This document shows positions 38,186-38,503 of a stretch of 38,503 bases of DNA, piece after piece. The notes under the pieces were generated by a model. It saw only the letters and a program-made list of their open reading frames with translations, was not told the DNA's origin and searched no databases. Both the position numbers and the translations under genes were made by a program. The stretch lies in sequence record DRR378314_1976; one strand, 5' to 3'. Each line of letters opens with the position of its first letter. Position 1 is the first letter of the stretch.

Positions 38186-38268
38186 CTGTCAACCTGTCAT
38201 ATTTTTTAATGAATCTTGTTTAGAAGCTGACAATTTATTTGGTAAAATGCAATGGCACACAAATTGAC
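38186..38268 (+). promoter_or_regulatory. Putative sigma54-like promoter and upstream TGTCA/TGACA motifs of dnaK
   Basis: TGGCAC-acaaa-TTGA at 38253-38267; CTGTCA at 38186 and 38194; CTGACA at 38227. Confidence 0.45.
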
Positions 38269-38311
38269 AATAACAGAAATGTAAAATTGAATTAAAATAT
38301 TAATTATATAA

Positions 38312-38503
<192 letters not shown>

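Overview
AT-rich bacterial chromosome segment. Gene content, synteny (rsfS-ftsH-LUD-cdsA-psd-ACBP; pyrE/NUDIX; coaD-ddl/PASTA-rluD) and TAnnTTTG promoter elements point to a Flavobacteriaceae (Polaribacter/Tenacibaculum-like) genome. It holds about 44 CDS, from a 5'-truncated serA to the first 61 codons of dnaK. I saw no rRNA, tRNA, CRISPR array, transposase or integrase. Main points of interest: (1) a nine-gene, animal-like kynurenine/3-hydroxyanthranilate catabolic operon divergent from an IclR regulator, which lacks the usual bacterial lower meta-cleavage genes and instead carries an atypical SDR, a candidate for the orphan oxalocrotonate/2-aminomuconate reductase step; (2) an overlapping cysteine dioxygenase + CSAD-motif decarboxylase pair (candidate hypotaurine/taurine synthesis), whose CDO keeps the mammalian Cys-Tyr crosslink residues, divergent from an IorAB-type molybdoenzyme and MocA-like gene; (3) a strongly degenerate phosphatidylserine decarboxylase at its usual locus; (4) a WYL/VOC/DinB/DUF1801/DUF2652 module with a visible direct-repeat operator; (5) interlocked pyrE/NUDIX promoters and a sigma54-like dnaK promoter. 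All family calls come from motif recognition by eye; no searches were run.
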